Shown here in pieces: positions 18,960-28,368 of a stretch of 64,000 nt of DNA. The translations under genes and the position numbers were made by a program. The notes beneath the pieces were generated by a model. The model was given only the letters and a program-made list of their open reading frames with translations. It was not told where the DNA came from and made no database searches. Where the stretch lies: assembly GCA_040900375.1 (NCBI GenBank), contig JBBDZC010000018.1:567-64566 (forward strand), written 5' to 3'. Within the stretch, counting starts at the first letter, position 1. Every line of letters begins with the position of its first letter. The stretch comes from Candidatus Anderseniibacteriota bacterium (lineage in GTDB: Bacteria > Patescibacteriota > Andersenbacteria > UBA10190).

Positions 18960-19577
18960 CTAGAAATTTAAGGGAATGGCCGGCGAGGCCGCGGGAGTAG
19001 ATTCATCACTCGTACCCGCCACGTCAGCCTCGGGCGCTATCTCCTCCGACAAATCCCTGCCTTGGGCTTGGAGGGACTCGGTAATGAGAGCAAACTGTTC
19101 TTGAATTACCGCGTAGTGATCACGTTTACTTTCTAGTTCCTGGAGAACCGTTTGCACGGCGGCTCGTGCCTCACGCACTGGAGTGCGCATGGCAACTAAT
19201 AGCTCTACCGGCATAACCTCCAGCTGCTGTTGCATTTGCTTGGCACTGTCATCTAACAGCCGGGCCCGCCCGAGCAGCTCCTGGGCGGGGGGGTTTTCCG
19301 AGTCTAATAGCTGCTGCAAAGCCTCGGCATCCTCTTTAACGTACATGACTGCAATTTTCATCCGCTCTTCTTCGTCTCTGATAATGAAGCGTTCCGCCTC
19401 GCGTTTCCACTCGGTCGCTTGCAGCTTGAGCCGGGCCAGGGTTTCGGGTTGGCGGGCTAGGTTAAGAAGTGCTGTCGGGGCCCCCGCTAGACGTTCGGGG
19501 TGAACGGCTACCTCCAGCACTCCTGTGGCTATCGCGGCCGCGACGAGTAGGCCGAAGATAATGATCATTTTAACCAT
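18960..19577 (-). CDS. Hypothetical membrane-anchored helical/coiled-coil protein
   Basis: 205-aa ORF with N-terminal hydrophobic helix, Glu/Gln/Ala/Leu-rich helical body; TATACT 6 nt before ATG. Confidence 0.7.
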   Translation of the reverse strand: MVKMIIIFGLLVAAAIATGVLEVAVHPERLAGAPTALLNLARQPETLARLKLQATEWKREAERFIIRDEEERMKIAVMYVKEDAEALQQLLDSENPPAQELLGRARLLDDSAKQMQQQLEVMPVELLVAMRTPVREARAAVQTVLQELESKRDHYAVIQEQFALITESLQAQGRDLSEEIAPEADVAGTSDESTPAASPAIPLNF

Positions 19578-19649
19578 AGGGAAAGTATACCTGATCAGGA
19601 GTCAGGCTGCTTATTGCGCAACTAATAGCCTTACCGTAGGATTCTTGAG

Positions 19650-20192
19650 ATGGCTAAGATATATACTAAGACTGGTGATAGCGGGGAAACAGGCCTGATT
19701 GGCGGCAAGCGAATACCCAAAAACCATGTACGCGTCGAAGCGTATGGCACAGTGGATGAAGCTAATGCACTCATTGGTGTAGTCCTGTCCCGCCTAGATG
19801 ATTTTACTCATCGCGCCGAACTCGAGACTATCCAAGGCATGTTATTTGAGATCGGGGCAGTCTTGGCTGACTCGCGAGAAAGCCGCACTCGGCCCAATGA
19901 TAGCGACGTGTTTCGTCTGGAGGGGTTGATTGATGAGTTAACTACCACGTTACCGCCACAAATAACGTTCATTTTACCGGGCGGAACTAACCTGGCGGCG
20001 ATTTTGCACTTAGCCCGAACGGTGGTACGGCGGGCAGAGCGGCGGGTTATTACCGTGAGCCAAGGAGAGGATATCTCACCCACCGTAATTAAATATCTCA
20101 ACCGTCTATCTGATTATCTGCACACGCTGGCCCGCTTCATTAACCACGAACATGGCGTCTACGAGAAACCTTGGCAGTCTTTGAGCAAATAA
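19650..20192 (+). CDS. pduO: ATP:cob(I)alamin adenosyltransferase, PduO type
   Basis: 'KIYTKTGDSGETGL', 'EAYGTVDEAN', 'FILPGG', 'ARTVVRRAER', 'YLNRLSDYL'. Confidence 0.93.
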   Translation: MAKIYTKTGDSGETGLIGGKRIPKNHVRVEAYGTVDEANALIGVVLSRLDDFTHRAELETIQGMLFEIGAVLADSRESRTRPNDSDVFRLEGLIDELTTTLPPQITFILPGGTNLAAILHLARTVVRRAERRVITVSQGEDISPTVIKYLNRLSDYLHTLARFINHEHGVYEKPWQSLSK

Positions 20193-20203
20193 ATTGAGTA
20201 CTT

Positions 20204-21127
20204 ATGCCTGCTGCACAACCGCCGCGCCTTCTGGCCGTGGTTGGTCCCACCGCCTCCGGAAAAACAGCGCTCGGACTCAACCTGGCCCAGCACTACCAGG
20301 GAGCGGTTATTTCAGCCGATTCTCGCCAGGTATATGCGGGGATGAATATTGGGACCGCTAAATCGCCACAAGCTTGGGCCCACGAGGCTCATAGTCCGCA
20401 GCAAGCCGATATTGTGGAGGGCATCCCTCACTATCTTTTTAATGTCTGCGCACCTGACACTCGGTACACGCTGGCGACGTGGAAAGCAGATGCGACCCAT
20501 GTCATTGATAGACTCCACGCTGCGCAGATTCCTGCCCTCCTTGTCGGGGGAACCATGCTCTACATTGATAGTGTCATGTTTGGGTATGAGCTCCCCCCGG
20601 TTCCTCCTAATGACCACTTTCGCCAGACGCTTATAGCTCAAGACACCGATGCTCTCTATCGTGAGTTACTGACGCGTGATCCGGCAGCAACCTTCGTTGA
20701 ACCTCACAATAAACGGCGCATTATCCGGGCGCTGGAAGTGATGGAAGCCACGGGCAAACCGTTCTCGCAACTGCGGCGACAGCGAGTGCCTCCCTCCCCT
20801 GATTGCTGGCTGGGCCTGTTTCCGGGATGGGAGCAACTGCGAGATAATGTCACCCGTCGGGTAGAAGAGATGCTTGACGCTGGGCTGGTGGAGGAAGTGG
20901 CGAGATTGGTTGAATACTACGGTGAAGCCTTACCACTACTGCAAACGCTGAATTATAAACAAGGATTAGCCTTGCTGCAGGGTCAGATTTCCCGCGAGGC
21001 GGCCGCCATGAGCATGATCGCCGCCACAATGCGGTACGCCCATCGGCAAATGTCCTGGTGGAAAAATAACAAACAGATTCACTGGCTGACGGGAATAGAA
21101 GCTCTGCATCTCAAGTCGCTTGATTAA
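20204..21127 (+). CDS. miaA: tRNA dimethylallyltransferase
   Basis: 'GPTASGKT', 'SADSRQVY.GMNIGTAK', 'VGGTMLY', 'RRIIRALEV', 'YAHRQMSW'. Confidence 0.96.
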   Translation: MPAAQPPRLLAVVGPTASGKTALGLNLAQHYQGAVISADSRQVYAGMNIGTAKSPQAWAHEAHSPQQADIVEGIPHYLFNVCAPDTRYTLATWKADATHVIDRLHAAQIPALLVGGTMLYIDSVMFGYELPPVPPNDHFRQTLIAQDTDALYRELLTRDPAATFVEPHNKRRIIRALEVMEATGKPFSQLRRQRVPPSPDCWLGLFPGWEQLRDNVTRRVEEMLDAGLVEEVARLVEYYGEALPLLQTLNYKQGLALLQGQISREAAAMSMIAATMRYAHRQMSWWKNNKQIHWLTGIEALHLKSLD

Positions 21128-21145
21128 ACTTTTCTACGTATACTC

Positions 21146-21167
21146 ATATTTCGATATATCGAAATAT
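21146..21167. repeat. 22-bp perfect palindrome ATATTTCGATATATCGAAATAT between convergent miaA and gatB
   Basis: Sequence equals its own reverse complement. Confidence 0.8.
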
Positions 21168-21196
21168 AGTAATAATATGTTAAACAGCAGGCAGGT

Positions 21197-22708
21197 TCAT
21201 GTTTCTTGCAGGCGTTGCTTGAGCAGCATGGTAATTACCGCTGGGTTAGCGATACCTTTCGATTTAGCCATAACTTGACCCATCAGAAACTGCACTGCAG
21301 TTTCTTTGCCGCCTTTAATCTTAGCGACAACCTCGGGATTGGCCGCGATCACTTCATCCACGTATTGCTGTAGTTGTGAAATATCACTTTCCTGGGCTAA
21401 ACCGAGTTGGGCAATAAGCGGGTCAGGGTCCCCGCCTGTTTCTTGCATTTTTTGCAAGAGCGGAGTCAGCGAAGTGCGATTAACTTTACCCTGTTCGACT
21501 AAGATCACCAGCTCGGCAAAATTCTCGGCGGTAATTTTCAGATCTTTTTCCGTGAGCTCATTAACTGCCATGAGATCCCGAATCTGACGCATAATGATAT
21601 TAGCGGCGAGCTGCACTAACTGGGGTAAAGGACCGGGAAAATCGGCTCTTTCTTTGGCCTGTTGCTGTAGTTCCGAGACGGTATTTTCGAAGAAATGAGA
21701 TAACAAAGGCTGCGCGACCAAGAGCGAGGCAGTCTGGGGACTGACTGCCAGGTCACGAGTGAATCGCTCTCGCCGAGCGGCGGGCAATTCCGGCAAGCTC
21801 CGACGGACGCGCTGAAGCTCTTCTTTATTAAAGATAAAAGGAGGGATATCAGGTTCAGGAAAATAGCGGTAATCAGCCGCTGCTTCTTTCGTGCGCTGGG
21901 CAGTGGTAACGCCTGTCTTGGCATTGAAGCCACGTGTGCCCGGCTCCGGCGGCAGTTTGCCTTTCTGCCAGAGTTTTGTCTGGCGCTCGATTTCATAGTT
22001 CAAGGCGCGCTCGACATTGCGGAAGGAGTTAAGGTTTTTAACTTCCGTCTTGGGATAAAGCTTAGTACTGCCTACCTCACGCAGGGAAATGTTAGCGTCG
22101 CAGCGCAGCTGGCCCTTCTCCATATCGGCATCGGCAATATCCAAGGCCCGCATGAGAAGCTGTAGTTCTTGCAAGAAAACTTTAGCGACAGCAGGGGTCG
22201 TAATGTCTGGTTCAGTGACAATTTCCATGAGCGGCGTGCCCGCTCGATTAAAATCAATCAAGGTATAGTCAGCGGCGGCAGGATGGATATTTTTTGCTGC
22301 ATCTTCTTCTAAGTGGATGCGCGTAATCCCCACCGTGTGCGCCTGCTCACCAACAGTAATAGTCAGTGAACCCGGACCGCAGAATGGCTCATCGTACTGA
22401 CTAATTTGGTAACCCTTTGGTAAATCAGGGTAAAAATAACTTTTGCGATCAAATTTACTTTTAGTAGCCAGCACACAGTTTAAAGCCGCCCCCGCTTTCA
22501 GTGTCCAGTCAATTGCTGTGGCATTGGGCACAGGCAGCGTTCCTGGATATCCCAGACAGATCGGGCAAATGGCAGAGTTGGGTGGAGCAGCGCCTAAGAT
22601 ATTAGGGCAAGAACAAAACATCTTACTTTTTGTTTTGAGCTGCACATGAATTTCCAGGCCAATGACAGGTTCAAGCGGCGCAGAATGAGAAATTTTCTTA
22701 CGGGGCAT
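21197..22708 (-). CDS. gatB: Asp-tRNA(Asn)/Glu-tRNA(Gln) amidotransferase subunit B
   Basis: 'IGLEIHVQL', 'FDRKSYFYPDLPKGYQISQ', 'HLEEDAAK', 'DYRYFPEPD'; ATG at 22708. Confidence 0.97.
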   Translation of the reverse strand: MPRKKISHSAPLEPVIGLEIHVQLKTKSKMFCSCPNILGAAPPNSAICPICLGYPGTLPVPNATAIDWTLKAGAALNCVLATKSKFDRKSYFYPDLPKGYQISQYDEPFCGPGSLTITVGEQAHTVGITRIHLEEDAAKNIHPAAADYTLIDFNRAGTPLMEIVTEPDITTPAVAKVFLQELQLLMRALDIADADMEKGQLRCDANISLREVGSTKLYPKTEVKNLNSFRNVERALNYEIERQTKLWQKGKLPPEPGTRGFNAKTGVTTAQRTKEAAADYRYFPEPDIPPFIFNKEELQRVRRSLPELPAARRERFTRDLAVSPQTASLLVAQPLLSHFFENTVSELQQQAKERADFPGPLPQLVQLAANIIMRQIRDLMAVNELTEKDLKITAENFAELVILVEQGKVNRTSLTPLLQKMQETGGDPDPLIAQLGLAQESDISQLQQYVDEVIAANPEVVAKIKGGKETAVQFLMGQVMAKSKGIANPAVITMLLKQRLQET

Positions 22709-22745
22709 ATGCAAAAAGCCTAGCCAATATCAGCGTGAAGAGCAA

Positions 22746-24041
22746 TTACTTACGGACGGCGGGCGTCGCCCGCAGCAACGACAGAGCATCACCGACCATG
22801 TAGAGCGAGCCGGTAATGAGCATCATGCTGTCAGGTTTTATCAGCTTGCGGCCCACGGCTAGGGCGTGGGCAAGGGCAGGAATTTCCTGAACATGGGGGT
22901 GATGCGCTCGCAAAGCGCGAGCGACTACGCTGGTATCTTCCGGCTCATAACTACCTTGGGTAACGATTACCTGATCAAACAAAGGGGCAATATCTGTTTC
23001 CAGGCCTAACTGCTTGCCCTTCTTCTGGGCTACAATGAGAACATCAGGGTGCGGCAGCGGCATAGTTTTTAAGAAAGCGGCTAGTGCCTGCACGCCATCA
23101 TTATTGTGCGCTCCGTCTACCAAAATAAAGGGCTTACGGGAGACAATATCGAGCCGGCCTTCCCACACTGCCTGGCTTAGGCCGCGGGTCAGATGAGTGG
23201 GAGTGAGGACAAAGCCCTGGTCACGCAAGAGATGTAGCGTAAGCAACGCGGTGCAGGCATTGGTAATTTGGTGCTGACCCAAAAGCTTGATAAAGAACGT
23301 GTCGGTGATGGTCCCGGTAGTTGTAAATGTTTGTCCAGCTAACGAGGCGTGCGACTCTTTGACCGTAAGATGTTCGCCCACAGAATAGAAAGGTGCTTGT
23401 TGCTGCTGGCAGACGCCGGCAAAGTATTGCAGCAGTGCTGGTTGTGTCTCGGCAGTCACTACCGGTTGCCCCCTTTTAATAATCCCGGCTTTATTAGCAG
23501 CAATCGCCGCCTTATCCTCGCCAATCTCGGGCACATGGTCCAGGCCGATATTGGTAATAACAGCAACCAGCGGCGTAATGACATTGGTTGCATCAAGTGC
23601 TCCGCCCATGCCAACTTCAATAATGGCAATATCAACGCGGGCGCGGGCAAACTGTAAGAAAGTCAGAGCGGTCGTAAACTCAAAAAAAGTTATGGTTAGG
23701 TCGTAAGCGGCAATTTGAGAACGAACATGGGCGATTAAAGCAATTAACGCTTCATCGGTAATCGCTTGACCGTCGACCCGGATGCGTTCATTGAACTGGT
23801 AGAGATGCGGGCTGGTATACAGACCGACTTTATAGCCAGCAGCGCGCAAGGTTGATTCTAAGAAACTGGCAGTACTGCCTTTTCCGTTGGTGCCAGTTAT
23901 ATGGACACTGGGAAAAGAGGTCTGGGGATTGCCGAGGATAGCGCACAGCTTAGTCATGACCTCGAGGCCCAGCTTAATGCCGAAACGCTCGAGGTCGTAA
24001 ATGTACGCTAGCTGTTCATTGAGAGGGGCGGCTTGTGGCAT
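22746..24041 (-). CDS. folC: Folylpolyglutamate synthase/dihydrofolate synthase
   Basis: 'HITGTNGKGS', 'YTSPHL', 'EVGMGGALDATN', 'DGAHN', 'TGSLYMVG'. Confidence 0.96.
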   Translation of the reverse strand: MPQAAPLNEQLAYIYDLERFGIKLGLEVMTKLCAILGNPQTSFPSVHITGTNGKGSTASFLESTLRAAGYKVGLYTSPHLYQFNERIRVDGQAITDEALIALIAHVRSQIAAYDLTITFFEFTTALTFLQFARARVDIAIIEVGMGGALDATNVITPLVAVITNIGLDHVPEIGEDKAAIAANKAGIIKRGQPVVTAETQPALLQYFAGVCQQQQAPFYSVGEHLTVKESHASLAGQTFTTTGTITDTFFIKLLGQHQITNACTALLTLHLLRDQGFVLTPTHLTRGLSQAVWEGRLDIVSRKPFILVDGAHNNDGVQALAAFLKTMPLPHPDVLIVAQKKGKQLGLETDIAPLFDQVIVTQGSYEPEDTSVVARALRAHHPHVQEIPALAHALAVGRKLIKPDSMMLITGSLYMVGDALSLLRATPAVRK

Positions 24042-24110
24042 TTACAGGAATTATCAACTGTGAAACGATTATTAATAAGACATATTATTCTCACATAGAA
24101 ACAGTATTTT

Positions 24111-25826
24111 ATGAAATACCCTCTCCCCCGCGACAGTTTTGCCCCGCCCTTTGCGCCAGATGCTTATACCCCTGCAGAAAAGTGGCAACTGGTCCCCTTT
24201 TTTTCTAATCTTGATCAGTCAGTATATGCGCCGCTCATTTTTTCCCCGGAAGTTATCGGCGCTTTATGTTCCCGCGCCAGCCGCGCCGAAGATGACTTGA
24301 GGACCATATTCTTGCGTGAATATGTGGCACCGTTTCTCGAGCCCGAGACAGCTGCTACCGAAGCGGCTGCTCATCATGGTAAAAGCCTCAAGGAATTCAT
24401 TAATTTTCTCCAGGCTTACCCCATTGAGGAAATTTTTTCCAATCCGCGGGCACGGTCATTCTACGCCAAGTGGCTGGCTCAATATGGTGATGATTCGATC
24501 GCCCAGATGGCGGGTATGCATCTCGTTTTTGCCTCGCTCTCGCAAGTTGCGATTAAACATTTCGAAGATCAACGAATTGGCTTAGCCCCGATTGAAAAAT
24601 CGACGCGCTATGTTGATTACTCAACTAAAATCAATGGCCGTTGGCGCTACTATACTGATCCCACTCTCCGAGAATTAGGCTTGGAGCAAGCGTATGAGAC
24701 CGCCATGGATGGTTTGTTTACAACCTACGGACAGCTCCTGCCCCGGCTCATAAGGTGGCTAAGTGAACGCTTCCCGGAGGAAAAACGGTCAGTGGTGGAA
24801 AAGAAGGCTTTTGATGTCTTGCGGGGCTTGCTACCAACCTCGACCCTTTCTCAAGTGGCCTTTTTCGGCAATGGCCAAGCTTACGAATATCTTGTCAGCC
24901 GCTCGGGACACCATCCCTTGGGAGAAATCCGCTGGGCTAGCGAACGTGCATATGAAGAACTGTATAAAGTTGCCCCTTCATTCTTACGCCGCATTAAAGA
25001 TCCTGAGAGTCAAGCACTCGTCAACTCATACCAAGAATATTTAAGCGGCAAGGGCGAGCGCTTGCGGCCTTTGGTGGATAGATTTACGGCTGCCCACCAA
25101 AAAGTAGCGCAGCAAACAAAGGAAGAGACTTCAGTTAAGCTCTTAGAGTACGACCTGGAGGGCGAAGCAAAAGTGATTACCGGCATGCTTTATGCTGCCC
25201 CGAATAATCATGCCAGTTGGTCGGATATATTTTCTCGAGTACGCGCGCTTAACGAGAGTGAGCGGCAGGTAGTCCTGAATGCTTACTTTATCGGCCGCAC
25301 GCAACGTTGGCAAAAGGTTGGGCGCGCCCTCGAAAATATCTTTGTCCGCTTTGAAATCATGATGAATATTGGTGCCTGGCGTGATTTACACCGTCATCGC
25401 ATGCTCACCCAGCAACGGCAGTACTTTTCCTGTATGCATGGATATGACGTGCCGCCAGAGCTGATGAGCGCGGGCCTAGCGGATGAGTTTACAGAGGCAA
25501 TAGAACGGGTGGAGCGCGTGCATCAACACATCGCCGAATACGACCTGGACCTGGCCCAGTATGCGGTGACCATGGCCCACCGGGTACGATTCATGCAGTG
25601 GACTAACTTGCGGGAATGTTTCTGGGAGATTGAGTTACGCACGATTCCCGAGGGGCATCCGGACTACCGGAGAATCGAGCAAGAGAAATTTCGTTTGCTC
25701 CAGAAAGTTTATCCCCTGCTGGCAGAGCGCATGCATGTCAATTTAGACGAGTATAACTTTGCCCGCCGCGGTCAGGAAGAAAAAATCCAGGCTAAGCTCA
25801 AAGAGTTGACCAAGGTTAACGCCTGA
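24111..25826 (+). CDS. thyX: FAD-dependent thymidylate synthase, long tandem-domain form
   Basis: 'YGDDSIAQ', 'EKSTRYV', 'FDVLRGLLP', 'RDLHRHR', 'ELRT..GHPDYR'; 571 aa, about two ThyX modules. Confidence 0.9.
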   Translation: MKYPLPRDSFAPPFAPDAYTPAEKWQLVPFFSNLDQSVYAPLIFSPEVIGALCSRASRAEDDLRTIFLREYVAPFLEPETAATEAAAHHGKSLKEFINFLQAYPIEEIFSNPRARSFYAKWLAQYGDDSIAQMAGMHLVFASLSQVAIKHFEDQRIGLAPIEKSTRYVDYSTKINGRWRYYTDPTLRELGLEQAYETAMDGLFTTYGQLLPRLIRWLSERFPEEKRSVVEKKAFDVLRGLLPTSTLSQVAFFGNGQAYEYLVSRSGHHPLGEIRWASERAYEELYKVAPSFLRRIKDPESQALVNSYQEYLSGKGERLRPLVDRFTAAHQKVAQQTKEETSVKLLEYDLEGEAKVITGMLYAAPNNHASWSDIFSRVRALNESERQVVLNAYFIGRTQRWQKVGRALENIFVRFEIMMNIGAWRDLHRHRMLTQQRQYFSCMHGYDVPPELMSAGLADEFTEAIERVERVHQHIAEYDLDLAQYAVTMAHRVRFMQWTNLRECFWEIELRTIPEGHPDYRRIEQEKFRLLQKVYPLLAERMHVNLDEYNFARRGQEEKIQAKLKELTKVNA

Positions 25827-25910
25827 TTCACCTGGCAGTCTTTAGTAACCCAAGAAGTACGTCACCAGCAGCGCGACCTAGTAGTTTTTCCCGGGAGCAG
25901 CTATAAAGAA

Positions 25911-27266
25911 ATGATGTCCCGAGCCCTCAAAAAAACTGATCTGCGTGTTTGGCGTATTCTCCAGCAAGAACAAGCGCGGCAGCAAGATAAATTATCTCTC
26001 ATCCCTTCGGAAAACTTTTTTTCGCCGGCCGTGCGCGAGGCCGTGGGCTCGGTGTTTATGCACAAATACGCGGAAGGCAATGTGGGCCAGCGCTACTATG
26101 AGGGCAACCAATTGGTAGATGAGCTGGAGTCGCTGGCGCAGGCGCGGGCGAAAAAGGTTTTTAAGTTGCCCCGCGACTGGGAGGTTAATGTGCAAGCCCT
26201 ATCGGGCAGTAACGCTAATCTGGCTGTTTACCTGGCGCTCTTAAAATTCGGCGACACCATGATGGGTATGTATCTGCCGGATGGCGGGCATTTATCTCAC
26301 GGCTGGTCATATGAGCCTCACCAACAACAAGATCCAACCAACTTGGCGTATCTAGGCGGTCGGCGCAAAGTCAACATTTCCTCGCGGATCTTCACCACGA
26401 TTCAATACAAAACTAACCCGAAGACCCAGCGCTTCGATTATCAAGAAATTGAGAAAATTGCAAAACGCTACAAGCCGCGTCTTATTATTACGGGGGGAAC
26501 AGCTTATCCTCGAGACATTAACTACCGCCGCTTCAAAAAAATTGCGCACCAGGTAGGCGCGCTCTATTTAGCAGACATTGCTCACGAAGCGGGGCTTGTG
26601 GCGGCGGGCGTGATTAATTCTCCCGTCGGGATCGCCGATGTTGTCACGATGACCACGCATAAAACATTGCGGGCTGGCCGGGGCGCTATCATTTTAGCCC
26701 GCGCCGAACTCATCAAAAAAATAAATCGCGCGGTGCTACCAGGGCTCCAGGGTGGCCCTTTTAATAATAATATTGCAGGGATTTGCGTCGGCTTAGGCGA
26801 AGCCCTCACACCACAATTTAAGCGATACGCTAAGCAGGTCATCACCAATGCCCACTATCTGGCCGAGTATCTTCAACGATATGGTTTTGTGCTTGTCTCG
26901 GGTGGCGTTGATAAACATCTGATTCTCATTAATCTGACTAGTCAGCCGATCCTCGGCAAAAAGTTTGCCCGGGCTTTAGACTATGGGGGCTTGGTTACCA
27001 ATTTCAATACTATGCCGCAAGAGACCCGTTCCCCCGCTGACCCTTCCGCGCTTCGGCTCGGGACTCCCTGGGTGACTACCCGCGGTATGGGTAAGCCGGA
27101 AATGAAGCAGATTGCCCAGTGGCTTAAGCACGTGATGGAAATCGCCTCACCCTGGGCCGAGACTCCGTTCCCCGAATTCGAGCGGCGTGTGCGGGCATCG
27201 CGGGAAATTAAAGACATCGCCCAGGTGGTAAAAAAGCTTTGCCGGCGGTTTCCGCTGGCCTTTTGA
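25911..27266 (+). CDS. glyA: Serine hydroxymethyltransferase
   Basis: 'LIPSENF', 'KYAEG..GQRYYEG', 'GGHLSHG', 'TMTTHKTLRAGRG', 'PGLQGGP', 'LRLGTP'. Confidence 0.96.
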   Translation: MMSRALKKTDLRVWRILQQEQARQQDKLSLIPSENFFSPAVREAVGSVFMHKYAEGNVGQRYYEGNQLVDELESLAQARAKKVFKLPRDWEVNVQALSGSNANLAVYLALLKFGDTMMGMYLPDGGHLSHGWSYEPHQQQDPTNLAYLGGRRKVNISSRIFTTIQYKTNPKTQRFDYQEIEKIAKRYKPRLIITGGTAYPRDINYRRFKKIAHQVGALYLADIAHEAGLVAAGVINSPVGIADVVTMTTHKTLRAGRGAIILARAELIKKINRAVLPGLQGGPFNNNIAGICVGLGEALTPQFKRYAKQVITNAHYLAEYLQRYGFVLVSGGVDKHLILINLTSQPILGKKFARALDYGGLVTNFNTMPQETRSPADPSALRLGTPWVTTRGMGKPEMKQIAQWLKHVMEIASPWAETPFPEFERRVRASREIKDIAQVVKKLCRRFPLAF

Positions 27267-27319
27267 TCCAGCGGTTTTCCACTATACTTTTTTAGCGCAG
27301 CCAGTACTGTAAATAAGAT

Positions 27320-27895
27320 ATGATTTTGTCTGACCGTGATATCAAAGCCGCGCTTAAGTCCGGGAAAATTGTGGTGAAGCCAAAACCCAACTTGGTCATT
27401 CAACTCGGCACCTCGAGTCTTGATCTGCGCCTCGGGTACCATTTTCGTGTCTTTAAGCATCGCCGCAAGCCTTTTATTGACCCTTTGGATCCCGACACGA
27501 TGACGGGAATGACCGAGGAAGTTAAAATCAGCCGGGCGCAACCTTACGTTATCCAACCGGATGAATTTGTCTTAGCTTCAGTTTTGGAATGGATAGAATT
27601 ACCAGACAACATCTCGGCGCGGATTGATGGTCGTAGCAGTCTGGGTCGTATTGGTCTAGTGATCCATTCTACGGCAGGCCATATTGATGCTGGCTTTCAG
27701 GGTTCAATTACGATGGAATTAAGCAATATTGGCATGATGCCAATATTGCTCTATCCCAAAATGCGCATTTGCCAATTAGTATTTGAGCCACTATCTTCAG
27801 CCGCCGAGCGACCTTATACCCAAAAACCCGGCGCCAAGTACGCGGGTAAGACCAGACCGGCCGAGGCAGCATTAGCACAAGAAATCGTTGAATGA
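27320..27895 (+). CDS. dcd: dCTP deaminase
   Basis: 'MILSDRDI', 'SSLDLRLG', 'GRSSLGRIGL.IHSTAGHIDAGFQGSITMEL', 'RICQLVF'. Confidence 0.95.
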   Translation: MILSDRDIKAALKSGKIVVKPKPNLVIQLGTSSLDLRLGYHFRVFKHRRKPFIDPLDPDTMTGMTEEVKISRAQPYVIQPDEFVLASVLEWIELPDNISARIDGRSSLGRIGLVIHSTAGHIDAGFQGSITMELSNIGMMPILLYPKMRICQLVFEPLSSAAERPYTQKPGAKYAGKTRPAEAALAQEIVE

Positions 27896-28314
27896 TTAAG
27901 TTCAGGGTGAAAAAACTGGCCCCGGGTGCGAAACTGCCGACAAAACATATTGCCACAGATGCGGGCATTGACATTTATACTAACGAATCAAAAACTTTAA
28001 AACCAAGTGAAACCTACCTTTTTTCCACGGGTATTGCTGTCGAGTTTTCCCCGGGATATGTGGCTTTGCTCTGGGATCGCTCTGGATTAGGTAGTAAAGG
28101 CATTCACCGTTTAGCTGGAGTAATTGACTCGGGCTACCGCGGCGAATGGAAAGTGGTGCTGCTCAATACCACTAAAAAATCTTTTACCATTCATAAAGGC
28201 GACAAAATTGTGCAGTGTATCATGCAAAAATTTGAGCCTGTAAAAATTATGGAAGTCAAAAAATTGCGGCTCACCAAGCGCGGCAGTAAAGGTTTTGGCA
28301 GCTCGGGGCGCTAG
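27892..28314 (+). CDS. dut: dUTP diphosphatase (trimeric)
   Basis: 'DAGIDI', 'DRSGLG', 'GVIDSGYRGE', 'GDKIVQ', 'RGSKGFGSSG'; ATGA overlap with dcd. Confidence 0.96.
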   Translation: MIKFRVKKLAPGAKLPTKHIATDAGIDIYTNESKTLKPSETYLFSTGIAVEFSPGYVALLWDRSGLGSKGIHRLAGVIDSGYRGEWKVVLLNTTKKSFTIHKGDKIVQCIMQKFEPVKIMEVKKLRLTKRGSKGFGSSGR

Positions 28315-28319
28315 GACAT

Positions 28320-28368
28320 TTACCCCACTTCGCAGAAAGCCACGGCCTTTGAGGCCGTGGAGCTTCAC
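28320..28368 (+). mobile_element. Solo IS200/IS605-type end hairpin (PATE-like remnant); may also terminate the convergent genes
   Basis: TTAC(28320-23)...GAAAG + 9-bp stem ccacggcct-ttg-aggccgtgg (28340-28360) + agcTTCAC; no transposase nearby. Confidence 0.5.

Noticed and set aside
21158-21185. dif site (atatgttaaac resembles a XerD arm)
   Set aside because: No convincing XerC arm at the required spacing.
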